Shown here: in pieces, positions 9,913-18,470 of the stretch
Numbering within the stretch: the stretch's first letter is position 1
How the letters are laid out: the number at the start of each line of letters is the position of its first letter
Assembly (NCBI RefSeq): GCF_900083515.1
Contig: NZ_LT671858.1
Span: 210,001 to 242,000, forward strand
Direction of reading: 5' to 3'
Origin: Cuniculiplasma divulgatum
GTDB lineage: Archaea; Thermoplasmatota; Thermoplasmata; Thermoplasmatales; Thermoplasmataceae
Length of the DNA: 32,000 nucleotides
Program-made: the position numbers and the translations under genes
The notes under the pieces: model-generated
Databases searched by the model: none
What the model was told of the DNA's origin: nothing
Seen by the model: only the letters and a program-made list of their open reading frames with translations

Positions 9913-11043
9913 ATGACCACTCTAATTCTGAATATAGACAGGGATAATGATTACGGAGAAAAGTCCGGTGTGAAGGGACCGGTAGTAGGTTATTCCCAGT
10001 GCTATAATGCAGCGGTAAAGCTTATAACCGCTGACCCAGAAGATTCTGATGCAAACGCTCTTTTTGGCGCTCTTAAGCATTATGAAGACCTGCAGTCAAG
10101 AGGGGAAGATGTTGAAATATCTCTTGTTACAGGTGATGATGATGTGGGAGAAAAATCAGACGAGATTATTTCAAAGCAGCTTGATGATGTATTCTCCGAG
10201 GGAAAATATTCAGATTGTATTCTAATATCAGATGGTGCAGAGGATGATTATGTAATTCCACTAATTCTCTCTAGGACAAAAATTAGATATGTTAAGCACA
10301 TAATTGTAAGGCACAATCAGAATATAGAATCACTTTACTATTATATTGTTAAGGCAATGAAAGACAAGAAATTACTTAAGAAAATCTTCATTCCCGTCGG
10401 TCTGATCCTTCTTGTATATGGTATAGCTGTTCTTTCGTTTGTGGCGTTCTTCGACCTTACTGGAAGATTGACAACAAGTCCTTCCCTGTACGCTTACACG
10501 CTTGTTATAGTAGTTCTTGGAGGTTATTTCACAGAGCGTGGCTTTGATATTAGAACAAGAATTGACAAGGTTTTAAACGAGGTTAAGGCATATTCAGAGG
10601 AAGCCAGGGTAATGTTCATATCAACAATAGTTTCCATTGGAATATTCCTTGTTGGTATAGCGTCCACATATTCCATACTCTATGATCTTAAGATGCTCCC
10701 TCTTGACAGAATACTTTATTTTCTTCAGATATTTGGGTTATGGGTCTACGTTTCGATCGTGACAAGAGCATTATTCAAGATAGCAGATATCTACATCGGC
10801 GGATCTCCAAGATCTGATACCCTTTTTTACGCTGTTTCATTTTCTCTATCGGCAGAACTTCTGATTCTTGGGATACTTGGATACCTGAGATATTCACTGA
10901 AATATGTTGGGTTTAATCAGGCGCTAGAGTCTTTAATCATAATTATGGTCGGAATAGTTGTTGCATTGGTAACAGCAGCAGTACACAGAAAAAGGACAGC
11001 CTTTCTTGGATCAGGAAGTTACACAAGTAAAGATCAGACATGA
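9913..11043 (+). CDS. Archaeal integral membrane protein, DUF373-like
   Basis: About 150-aa soluble N-terminal domain (LNIDRDNDYGEKSGVKGPVVG...ISDGAEDDYVIP) followed by about 6 TM helices. An AAGGGG SD precedes the ATG. The family call is from memory of the DUF373 architecture. Confidence 0.7.
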   Translation: MTTLILNIDRDNDYGEKSGVKGPVVGYSQCYNAAVKLITADPEDSDANALFGALKHYEDLQSRGEDVEISLVTGDDDVGEKSDEIISKQLDDVFSEGKYSDCILISDGAEDDYVIPLILSRTKIRYVKHIIVRHNQNIESLYYYIVKAMKDKKLLKKIFIPVGLILLVYGIAVLSFVAFFDLTGRLTTSPSLYAYTLVIVVLGGYFTERGFDIRTRIDKVLNEVKAYSEEARVMFISTIVSIGIFLVGIASTYSILYDLKMLPLDRILYFLQIFGLWVYVSIVTRALFKIADIYIGGSPRSDTLFYAVSFSLSAELLILGILGYLRYSLKYVGFNQALESLIIIMVGIVVALVTAAVHRKRTAFLGSGSYTSKDQT

Positions 11044-11693
11044 TACAGTGGGAAGACCTATACGAAAGAATCTGCAGGGAGCTTGTAATAGACTGCAAAT
11101 CAGATTATACTTCTACAAAAGTTCTGAGTGCAATGGCAATTCATCAGGTAACATTCATTAAAAGAATTAATTCGTTCAGAAATGGTAATTTTATCATATA
11201 CGGACCAGCAGGGAAAATAATAGAAAGAAAAGAAAAAGGTGTGGTATCTGTTGTCGCGGATTCTGCCATAGACCGGTTCAAAAATTTTGTACCTGATATA
11301 ATTGTAACAGATCTAGATGGAAACCTCGAAAGGATCATGAGTTGCTGGAAAGATGGAACAGTACTTTGCATACATGCCCACGGAGACAACATAAAGAGAA
11401 TAATGGAGTTCGTCCCAGCGCTTGAAGGAGATTTTCTGGGCACATGCCAGTCTAGCAAAACAGAAAACCTGTTAAATCTACATGGGTTTACAGATGGTGA
11501 TAGAGCAGTTAAACTGGCACAGTTTCTTGAAGCTCAGACCATTAGACTGGACGGCTTCGATTTCAGGACTCCAGTCAGCAAATATGGAAGCAGAGATAAG
11601 GCAAAAAAACTGAGATTCGCCGAGATGATAATACTTGATTCAGCCAGTGAAAGAAATGGAAAAGAATTTAACTTCATTCCTGAGGTTTTCTGA
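11040..11693 (+). CDS. mptE: 6-hydroxymethyl-7,8-dihydropterin diphosphokinase, MptE-like (DUF115)
   Basis: Motifs IVTDLDGNLE, IHAHGDN and GFTDGDRAV are typical of the MptE/DUF115 family. The ATG overlaps the upstream stop (ATGA, 11040-11043). Confidence 0.65.
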   Translation: MIQWEDLYERICRELVIDCKSDYTSTKVLSAMAIHQVTFIKRINSFRNGNFIIYGPAGKIIERKEKGVVSVVADSAIDRFKNFVPDIIVTDLDGNLERIMSCWKDGTVLCIHAHGDNIKRIMEFVPALEGDFLGTCQSSKTENLLNLHGFTDGDRAVKLAQFLEAQTIRLDGFDFRTPVSKYGSRDKAKKLRFAEMIILDSASERNGKEFNFIPEVF

Positions 11694-12333
11694 TAATCTC
11701 TCCATTTTGAAAAATAACTGGAAATGGAACCAGATCTCTTTGAAGGCATAGCTCGACATCTTTCTTTCCACCTATCATGCTAAGTCTTTTTGTACCCTGT
11801 CCCTTCCTGGTCTGTTCTATGTAATAATCAAACTGATCTTTTCCAGTTTCCATATATGTTTTAACAAACATTCCAAAGTAATAATCCTCATCTGCATAGC
11901 CATCTGGTCTCCCTGAAAGAACAGCCTCGATAACACTGAAATTCTTAAGGAAGGGTAGTGTTGCAAAGACATTGGCATAGGAGCAGATAAAAATCACTTC
12001 AGAATCCTTTATTTTATTCAGAACCTTTGTTCCATTTGTTGATGTAAAAATGATTGTTTTTCCATCCAGATCTGTATTCATAACCTCATAGGGGGAGTTA
12101 CTCATCTGGAAGCCGGGAACCTTGAACCCGTACCTTTCACCGGCAATAATGTAATCAGGATATTCATTTTTCATTTTCTTTGCGACAGATACTGAACTTA
12201 CTGGAATTATCTTACTCGCGCCTTTCTTAAGCATCAGCGGCATGGTCGTTGTTGATCTGTATATATCTATGAGAATTTTTGGGTTTTTAGAAAATTGATT
12301 TTCCTTCCTCCCGTTTACAATATTTACTTCCAC
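11674..12333 (-). CDS. comB: ComB-family protein (2-phosphosulfolactate phosphatase-like)
   Basis: Motifs IDIYRSTTT, AGERYGFKVPGFQMSNSP and TSTNGTKVL match the ComB family. The ORF is open up to the ATG at 12396, but that would run through the rpl11 promoter and start, so I prefer the in-frame GTG at 12333. The start is uncertain. The 3' end overlaps the mptE 3' end by 20 nt. Confidence 0.75.
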   Translation of the reverse strand: MEVNIVNGRKENQFSKNPKILIDIYRSTTTMPLMLKKGASKIIPVSSVSVAKKMKNEYPDYIIAGERYGFKVPGFQMSNSPYEVMNTDLDGKTIIFTSTNGTKVLNKIKDSEVIFICSYANVFATLPFLKNFSVIEAVLSGRPDGYADEDYYFGMFVKTYMETGKDQFDYYIEQTRKGQGTKRLSMIGGKKDVELCLQRDLVPFPVIFQNGEIIRKPQE

Positions 12334-12350
12334 ACATGGTAAAAGTAAAA

Positions 12351-12362
12351 AAGTATTAAAAT
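12351..12362. promoter_or_regulatory. AT box (AAGTATTAAAAT), candidate TATA for leaderless rpl11 and possibly for divergent comB-like gene
   Basis: The box is centred about 32 nt upstream of the rpl11 ATG (12388) and about 24 nt upstream of the GTG at 12333 on the other strand. Confidence 0.35.
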
Positions 12363-12387
12363 GAAACACATATACCCTTTGATTATC

Positions 12388-12861
12388 ATGGCACAAGAAG
12401 TAAGAACAATGGTTGAAGGAGGCAAAGCATCCACAGGACCACCTCTTGGTCCAGCTCTAGGCCCTCTGGGACTTAACCTGGGACAGGTCGTGAAGGAAAT
12501 CAATGAGAAGACCAAAGATTTCGCAGGAATGCAGGTTCCAATAATCTTAACTGTTACAGACGCAGCAAAGAAAACATACGAGATCAAGGTAGGAGTTCCA
12601 CCCACATCTGCTCTGCTGAAGAAGGAACTAGGAATTCAGGTCGCTTCAGGTAAAAGAAAGGAAGTAACAGCAGGTGATGCTACATTGGAACAAATCAAGA
12701 AGGTCGCTCTGGCAAAGAAAGATTCTATGATGGCAAACGATCTTAAAGGAGCAGTGCTCGAGGTTCTGGGAACTGCTTTTTCATCAGGAATAAAAGTGGA
12801 TGGAAAGGATGCAAGAGATGTCCAGAAATTGATTATTAGCGGAGAAATAAAGATAGAATAA
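12388..12861 (+). CDS. rpl11: 50S ribosomal protein L11
   Basis: VEGGKASTGPPLGPALGPLGLNLGQVVKEINEKT is the L11 N-terminal signature. I chose the start at MAQEV (12388) rather than the ORF-track start at 12361, from homologous N-termini and the TATA spacing. Confidence 0.93.
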   Translation: MAQEVRTMVEGGKASTGPPLGPALGPLGLNLGQVVKEINEKTKDFAGMQVPIILTVTDAAKKTYEIKVGVPPTSALLKKELGIQVASGKRKEVTAGDATLEQIKKVALAKKDSMMANDLKGAVLEVLGTAFSSGIKVDGKDARDVQKLIISGEIKIE

Positions 12862-12953
12862 GGGAAAATATTTAATTCCACATTTCAATAGGGGATAAAG
12901 AAGCTATAGTAGAACAATCCCGTTTTACTGCGGCAAAGCCTCAGGAGGGAAAT

Positions 12954-13595
12954 ATGTCAATAGAAGAAAAAGTGAAACAAGCATTAAAAGAGTCAAAGGA
13001 GAGGAAATTTACAGAATCTCTTGATCTTTCAGTTAACCTGAAAGGGGTTGATTTAAGCAATCCTAAAAACAGAATTAACGATGAGATCTCACTTCCCAAG
13101 GGAAGGGGAAAGGAGATCAAGGTTGCCTTATTTGGAAGTGAAGAGATGAGGGGAAAAGTGAAGGATACAGCCGATTACGTTTTTGGCGCAGAGGATCTAT
13201 CCAAATTCGCCGAAGACAAGAAAGGGTTCAAGAAAATAGTAAACCAGGCGGATTTCTTCCTTGCGGAGGCTAATCTTATGACTACAATTGGACGATCACT
13301 TGGTCAGGTTCTTGGTCCAAGAGGTAAAATCCCAAGAGCTGTGCCCCCAAGTCAGGATCCTTCCAGTCTCATAGTCTCACTCAAAAAAACAGTGAGAGTA
13401 AGGAGCAGGGATAAGAGAACATTCCACGTACCCGTTGGAATGAAGACAATGCCAGAGAAGGATATAGCTGATAATGTGAGAGAAGTCATAAAACGAATCA
13501 CAGCCCATCTTGAAAAAGGTTATGGGAACATCGACAGCATATATATAAAAACAACAATGGGTAAGGCTGTTAAGATAGATGAAGGTGATTTGTGA
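12954..13595 (+). CDS. rpl1: 50S ribosomal protein L1
   Basis: RKFTESLDLSVNLKGVDL...GQVLGPRGKIP matches L1 family motifs. A strong AGGAGG SD lies at 12944-12949. Confidence 0.93.
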   Translation: MSIEEKVKQALKESKERKFTESLDLSVNLKGVDLSNPKNRINDEISLPKGRGKEIKVALFGSEEMRGKVKDTADYVFGAEDLSKFAEDKKGFKKIVNQADFFLAEANLMTTIGRSLGQVLGPRGKIPRAVPPSQDPSSLIVSLKKTVRVRSRDKRTFHVPVGMKTMPEKDIADNVREVIKRITAHLEKGYGNIDSIYIKTTMGKAVKIDEGDL

Positions 13596-14521
13596 TGACA
13601 GTTACACCCCAATGGAAAGTTGATTTGGTTGATCATATTGCATCCACAATCTCGGAAAGTCCAGTGACTGCATTTGTAAGTATCAAAGGTATAAGAAATA
13701 AACAGTTGCAGGGGATTAGAAGAGCACTGAAGGGAGAGGCAACCATAAGAGTGGTAAGAGGAACACTTCTGGAAAAAGCCCTGGAAAAGGCAGGAAAGAA
13801 AAATATAGAAAAACTAAAGGAATTTGTGGGCGGTCAGATAGCACTTGTAACAACATTAGATTCACCTGCAAAGTTATACTCAAAACTGGAAAAGAACCGG
13901 CAAAAATCAGCTGCAAGGGGCGGAGAAATTGCAGAAGAGGATATAGTTGTGCCAGCTAAGGATACAAATTTCCCACCTGGCCCAATGATCAGTGAGTTTC
14001 AGAAAGTTGGGCTGCAGGCAGCTATCGAAAAGGGAAAGATAGTAATAAAGAAGGAAATGCTATTTGTCAAGAAAGGGGACAAAATATCAAAAGAAAAGGC
14101 AAAGATCCTTGAAAAACTTGAAATTCTGCCCCTGGATGTAGGTCTCGATGTAGTTTCTGCATATGAAGATGGCATCATATTTGACAGAGAAGCCATGTCT
14201 CTGACACCAGAAAAGGTAATGGCTGATATTGCATCTGCATTCTCGCAGGGTAAGGTACTTGCAACTGACATAACATTCATTGTGAAGGAAATAATGCCAG
14301 AATTAATAGTGAAGGCAAGAATTCAGGCAGAGTCACTCGCAATGGAAGCCAATTTCGTAGACGAGAACAACATGGCATCTTTCATTCTGAAGGCTGTATC
14401 GCAGGCTTCAGCATTACAGAATGAACTCGAGGGAGAACCCGAGGAAACAAAGGAAGCGACAAAGGAAGAAAAGCCCAAGGAAGAGGATGGGGCTGCAGGG
14501 TTTGGAGCCCTGTTCGGATAA
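13595..14521 (+). CDS. rplP0: 50S ribosomal protein L10 / acidic stalk protein P0
   Basis: The N-terminal WKVDLV...[16 protein letters not shown] motif is followed by a C-terminal KEE-rich linker and the stalk tail [13 protein letters not shown]. The ATG at 13595 overlaps the rpl1 stop, with an AAGGTGA SD 6 nt upstream. An alternative GTG lies at 13592. Confidence 0.93.
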   Translation: MTVTPQWKVDLVDHIASTISESPVTAFVSIKGIRNKQLQGIRRALKGEATIRVVRGTLLEKALEKAGKKNIEKLKEFVGGQIALVTTLDSPAKLYSKLEKNRQKSAARGGEIAEEDIVVPAKDTNFPPGPMISEFQKVGLQAAIEKGKIVIKKEMLFVKKGDKISKEKAKILEKLEILPLDVGLDVVSAYEDGIIFDREAMSLTPEKVMADIASAFSQGKVLATDITFIVKEIMPELIVKARIQAESLAMEANFVDENNMASFILKAVSQASALQNELEGEPEETKEATKEEKPKEEDGAAGFGALFG

Positions 14522-14535
14522 AGGAGGTAAAAAGA

Positions 14536-14841
14536 ATGGAATATATATACGGAGCCCTGTTGCTTCATGCAGCAGGAAAAGAAGTAGATGAGGAAAAACT
14601 GAAAAAGGTGCTTGAGGACGCTGGTGTAACACCAGATGAGGCAAGACTGAAATCTTTAGTATCAAGTCTTAAGGACGTGAATATTGAGGATGTAATAAAG
14701 CACGCAGCAGCTGCACCTGTAGCCGCTGCTCCATCACAGGCACCTGCAAAGAAAGAGGAAAAGAAGGAAGAGAAGAAAGAGGAAAAGCCTGAAGCAAACG
14801 AAGAAGATGCAATGGCTGGCCTGAGTTCATTATTCGGATGA
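14536..14841 (+). CDS. rpl12: 50S ribosomal protein L12 / stalk protein P1
   Basis: [18 protein letters not shown]-terminus, an Ala/Pro hinge, KEE repeats, and the conserved tail [13 protein letters not shown]. An AGGAGGT SD lies at 14522-14528. Confidence 0.92.
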   Translation: MEYIYGALLLHAAGKEVDEEKLKKVLEDAGVTPDEARLKSLVSSLKDVNIEDVIKHAAAAPVAAAPSQAPAKKEEKKEEKKEEKPEANEEDAMAGLSSLFG

Positions 14842-14845
14842 ACAG

Positions 14846-15040
14846 ATGAACTGGAAAGAGTTTATTTCAGGAATTATTCTTTATTTTCTTCCCATAGCAA
14901 TTTTCGTAGTGTCTATATTTGTAATACCTAATGCACTGTGGGTTGCAATATCGATAATCTGGATATTCACTTCACTTTTCTATAAACTTCTAACCCTTCC
15001 AGATTCTCAGGAACGAAGGGAAAGGAACAACTCTTTTTAA
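14846..15040 (+). CDS. Possible small two-TM membrane protein (64 aa)
   Basis: The ATG is 4 nt after the rpl12 stop. There are two clear hydrophobic helices and a charged C-terminal tail. No SD and no recognised family. Confidence 0.35.
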   Translation: MNWKEFISGIILYFLPIAIFVVSIFVIPNALWVAISIIWIFTSLFYKLLTLPDSQERRERNNSF

Positions 15041-15304
15041 TTATTTTATCAATAGGAAAAAATCCGAGAACATTTGTATAACACTTTTAGATGTACATAT
15101 AGAAATACAAACTACTGTTTTGTTCATCATACATAAACAGGTATTCTCAATAAATCGTCTCATCTGTAAATTTAAAAAATTTTGATATGAACTTATTTCC
15201 AGACTTTATCAAATATAAAACCAGACTTAAGCCTTAACTAATTTATGTTTATTTAATTTAGATTGAGTCGGCAATAAAAAGTAAATGATTTTTTTAAAAA
15301 TTGG

Positions 15305-15826
15305 TTAATACGTCATATCTGGATTAGGAGGTAGTTGTTTCTTCTTTAACACTAATCCAACTATTAGTACTATAAATCCAACGAACCCTAAAACACCACC
15401 GAGTAAAACAGGAAGAAGTGATACAAGTAGTGAATCAATGGATTTTTTAATCATTGTAACCTTCGCCTGATAAGTTCCAAATGTAACAATAACATATGTT
15501 CCGGGAGTTATACTGGTATATTCAATTGTTGTTACACCAGACGTAGTGGTGGTAGAACCATTAACCTCATATTTGTCAACATTGCTTGAAGTGACTACAC
15601 TCGCATCACTGCTGGGAATTAGAGCCGTTTTGCTGTTATTTGAAGTAAGCACAAGCAACTGACCAGATGAAACATTAATGCTGGAACTCTCCCACTTGGA
15701 AGTTCCTTTTTCGGTAAACGTTGGAGAAGTGGCAATTCCTGAAATTCCAAGGTCTCCTCCTGCATAGAAAAGAGCCACTCCTACGATAAGTAGAATGAGC
15801 CCAATAATAACTATATTTTTACGCAT
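15305..15826 (-). CDS. Hypothetical Ser/Thr-rich surface protein with N- and C-terminal TM anchors
   Basis: From the internal ATG at 15826 (MRKNIVIIGLILLIVGVALF) the protein has an N-terminal TM helix, a ~110-aa S/T-rich beta-like domain with N-x-S/T sequons, a C-terminal TM helix and a KKKQ stop-transfer. The ORF-track start at 15937 adds a non-hydrophobic extension that looks unlikely. Confidence 0.55.
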   Translation of the reverse strand: MRKNIVIIGLILLIVGVALFYAGGDLGISGIATSPTFTEKGTSKWESSSINVSSGQLLVLTSNNSKTALIPSSDASVVTSSNVDKYEVNGSTTTTSGVTTIEYTSITPGTYVIVTFGTYQAKVTMIKKSIDSLLVSLLPVLLGGVLGFVGFIVLIVGLVLKKKQLPPNPDMTY

Positions 15827-16139
15827 TGAAATCCTACATACCATAGAAAAAGAGTTAATTAAAATTTCCGAACATTGATGTATAATTTTCATTCTCTTAG
15901 ATAAATAATTGAACTTTAATCCACATATATGAAACAATTCTAACTCAAATAGATAGATCTATACCCATTCACTTGTGCATTAATTGGATTATTTTAGTAT
16001 GTTGGATCTTATACCATTACAAAATCTTAGATATAAACTTAAAACAAGGAGAAGAGTAATTCATGAATAGAAGTGTAATTGGATAGAGAATATAACTGAC
16101 AGTTTAATCATTTAGTAGGGTGTAACTCACAGAAAGAGA

Positions 16140-16149
16140 AGATAATATT
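16140..16149 (+). promoter_or_regulatory. Candidate TATA box for pcp
   Basis: AGATAATATT lies about 24 nt upstream of the GTG start at 16170. Confidence 0.3.
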
Positions 16150-16169
16150 CATGATAACACTACATAATA

Positions 16170-16787
16170 GTGAATAATAAAGTTTTGATAACAGGGTTTG
16201 AGCCATTTCTTGAATTCACAGATAATCCGTCTAAAATATTAGCGGAGTATTTTGATGGAAGAATCGAAGACAATATTGAATATCACGGAAAGGTATTGCC
16301 CGTAGATTATTCTTTAATAGAATCTAGACTCGTTGAGGCAATTGATAAGATCAATCCCGTTCTGATAATTGGCACCGGATTGGCAGCTGGTAGATCTAAA
16401 ATGTCAATTGAAAAAATAGGAATGAATTATAAACATTCTACAAATCCTGACAACAGCGGAAAAACAGTAAATGGTGAAAAGATAGATCAAAGCTTTCCCG
16501 ATGGTATGTTCTCCATGCTGCATGTGGAATCTCTGGTTGACGAACTGAACTTTATGGGAATCCCGGCAGAAATTAGTTTTTCAGCAGGAGCTTATCTGTG
16601 TAACAATGCACTGTTCATAATACTTAGAGAATGCAGAAAGAGAAACATAAAAGGCGGTTTCATTCATCTTCCAGTAAACACAGAGTATGCAGCTAAATTA
16701 ATGAGAAAAAATTACCCCAGTCTGCCTGTGAATTTAATGATTGAAGGGTTAAGGCATGCTGTACAAAGTGAAATTCTTAAAATATAA
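16170..16787 (+). CDS. pcp: Pyrrolidone-carboxylate (pyroglutamyl) peptidase I
   Basis: KVLITGFEPF...NPS N-terminus, catalytic Cys context SAGAYLCNN, and His context GGFIHLP. GTG start. Confidence 0.9.
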   Translation: MNNKVLITGFEPFLEFTDNPSKILAEYFDGRIEDNIEYHGKVLPVDYSLIESRLVEAIDKINPVLIIGTGLAAGRSKMSIEKIGMNYKHSTNPDNSGKTVNGEKIDQSFPDGMFSMLHVESLVDELNFMGIPAEISFSAGAYLCNNALFIILRECRKRNIKGGFIHLPVNTEYAAKLMRKNYPSLPVNLMIEGLRHAVQSEILKI

Positions 16788-16909
16788 ACCTAAGTGGATA
16801 TAAGGTATCAGATAAAATTTATCAATTATTCTTAAATCAAAAATTGTATTTCAGGCGTAAATTTTGAACATTTCATTATTGTGGCAGAATAAGGTGATAT
16901 AATAGTAGA

Positions 16910-16922
16910 GTTAATTTAATTT
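16910..16922 (+). promoter_or_regulatory. Candidate TATA box for the formiminotransferase operon
   Basis: GTTAATTTAATTT is centred about 28 nt upstream of the ATG at 16944. Confidence 0.3.
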
Positions 16923-16943
16923 CCTCAATTGTATGTGGGTATT

Positions 16944-17840
16944 ATGAAGATAGTGGAGTGTGTTCCAAATTTTAGTGAAGGCAGAGATAGAGAAAAAGTA
17001 GAAGCAATCACAAGGGAAATTGCCTCCGTTGGAAATGTTAAAATTCTTGATATGGAAATGGATGCAAGTCATAACAGAAGCGTTGTTACATTTACCTGCG
17101 AACCTCAGTATGCAGTGGAAGCTGCTTTCAGGGGAATCAGAAAAGCATCTGAATTAATAGATATGGACAGTCATCAGGGAGAGCATCCCCGTTTTGGGTC
17201 GGCTGATGTTATTCCATTCATCCCTGTGTCGGAGGTTTCACTCAAGGAATGTGTAGACCTTGCAAATCAGTTAGGAAAGAGAGTTGGAGAAGAGTTGAAA
17301 ATCCCGGTATTCCTGTACTCGGATGCTGCTTTAGCGGAAAATAGAAAGAATCTTGAGAATATAAGGCACAAGAATTTTCAGTATGAGCAATTGAAGACAG
17401 AGATTGGAAAGGGAGATTATATACCGGATTTCGGTCCTCTTGAATTAAGCAAGGCTGGAGCATCTATTATTGGAGCAAGAGATTTTCTGGTAGCATACAA
17501 TGTTAATTTAAGATCTCAGGACATGGAAATTGGAAAGAAAATAGCAAAGGCTCTGAGGGCTAAAGATGGCGGACTTAGTTTCGTAAAGGCTCTGGCATTT
17601 TATCTTGAAGACAAGAAATGTGTCCAGATATCTATGAACCTAACAAATTACAAGAAAACTCCCGTATACAGAGCATATGAAATGGTGAGACTTGAAGCAT
17701 CAAGGTATGGTATAGAGATAATGGAGTCAGAAGTTATCGGTCTAATCCCTCTGGATGCAATTATAGAATCCTCAAGATTCTACATGAGAATGAATAGCTT
17801 CAAGTCAAATCAGATATTTGAAAAGAAGGTGTGGGAATGA
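16944..17840 (+). CDS. Glutamate formimidoyltransferase (FtcD N-terminal-type, stand-alone)
   Basis: MKIVECVPNFSEGRD is the hallmark N-terminus, followed by HPRFGSADVIPFIP. The ATG at 16944 is preferred over the TTG at 16929. Confidence 0.9.
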   Translation: MKIVECVPNFSEGRDREKVEAITREIASVGNVKILDMEMDASHNRSVVTFTCEPQYAVEAAFRGIRKASELIDMDSHQGEHPRFGSADVIPFIPVSEVSLKECVDLANQLGKRVGEELKIPVFLYSDAALAENRKNLENIRHKNFQYEQLKTEIGKGDYIPDFGPLELSKAGASIIGARDFLVAYNVNLRSQDMEIGKKIAKALRAKDGGLSFVKALAFYLEDKKCVQISMNLTNYKKTPVYRAYEMVRLEASRYGIEIMESEVIGLIPLDAIIESSRFYMRMNSFKSNQIFEKKVWE

Positions 17841-18469
17841 TTGATCTAAATAATTTTATGAGAGAACTTGAATCCTCATCCCCTGCACCAGGTGGTGGAT
17901 CTGCAGCTGCACTTGTAGGAGCAGTATCTGCCTCTCTCGGTTTGATGGTTTCTCGTTTAACTGAAGGGAAGAAAGGTTACGAAGACCAGCAGGAAGAAAT
18001 TCGCCGAATAACAAATGAAATGATTGAAGTAAAAGAGCTACTAATGGCAGGAATAGAGGAGGATACGGCATCATTTAATGGGATTGGTGCAGCAAGGAAA
18101 CTCCCTAAATCTAACGATGAGGAAAAAAGGATCAGAAAGGAAGCAATGGACAGGGCAATGAGAGATGCAATTAGGAGCCCATGGAAGATAGCAATGAACT
18201 GCCAGAGAGCAATGAGGCTTAACAGCAGGTTACTGAAAATAGGAAACAGGAACGCATCATCAGACGCCGCAGCAGGTCTCATCATGGCCAAAGCCGCCGC
18301 TGACTCTGCACTGCTAAATGTTAGAATAAATCTGAAATACATGAATAATAACTCCTACAGTGAAGAACAGCTACTCAAAATCAAGTTATTCTCTGAAGAC
18401 TGTGAAACCATTCTCAGGGATTCTCTAAGCCTATTCAACAGGTTGATGGATCCTGAAGGTGAGGCGTAG
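17837..18469 (+). CDS. Formiminotetrahydrofolate cyclodeaminase-family protein (FtcD C-terminal-type, stand-alone)
   Basis: The motif SSSPAPGGGSAAALVGA is typical of the cyclodeaminase/cyclohydrolase family, and the protein is all-helical. The ATG at 17837 overlaps the upstream TGA (ATGA), with an AAGGTG SD 5 nt upstream. Confidence 0.85.
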   Translation: MIDLNNFMRELESSSPAPGGGSAAALVGAVSASLGLMVSRLTEGKKGYEDQQEEIRRITNEMIEVKELLMAGIEEDTASFNGIGAARKLPKSNDEEKRIRKEAMDRAMRDAIRSPWKIAMNCQRAMRLNSRLLKIGNRNASSDAAAGLIMAKAAADSALLNVRINLKYMNNNSYSEEQLLKIKLFSEDCETILRDSLSLFNRLMDPEGEA

Positions 18470-18470
18470 T

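Noticed and set aside
12334-12396. Upstream-extended starts for rpl11 (12361) and the ComB-like gene (ATG 12396), which would make the two divergent genes overlap by 36 nt
   Set aside because: The extensions (MKHIYPLII; MCHDNQRVYVFHFNTFLLLPC) have no counterpart in L11 or ComB N-termini, and they would consume the only AT-box promoter region. MAQEV (12388) and GTG (12333) fit better. The ComB start remains uncertain.
12862-12953. Possible L1 autoregulatory mRNA structure mimicking the 23S L1-binding site in the rpl11-rpl1 spacer
   Set aside because: Only weak pairings can be drawn by eye (e.g. TCCC 12919-12922 with GGGA 12946-12949). I cannot match the known L1-binding helix and asymmetric-loop consensus without a covariance model.
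14747-14787. Purine-rich quasi-tandem repeat AAAGAAAGAGGAAAAGAAGGAAGAGAAGAAAGAGGAAAAG
   Set aside because: It simply encodes the KEE-rich flexible linker of stalk protein P1. A similar run occurs in P0. It is a coding low-complexity feature, not a DNA-level repeat element.
15953-15962. 10-nt perfect palindrome ATAGATCTAT, sharing the ATAGAT half-site with the wHTH-gene palindrome
   Set aside because: It is short and AT-rich, lies more than 125 nt from the preferred start of the nearest gene, and has different half-site spacing. It is most simply chance.
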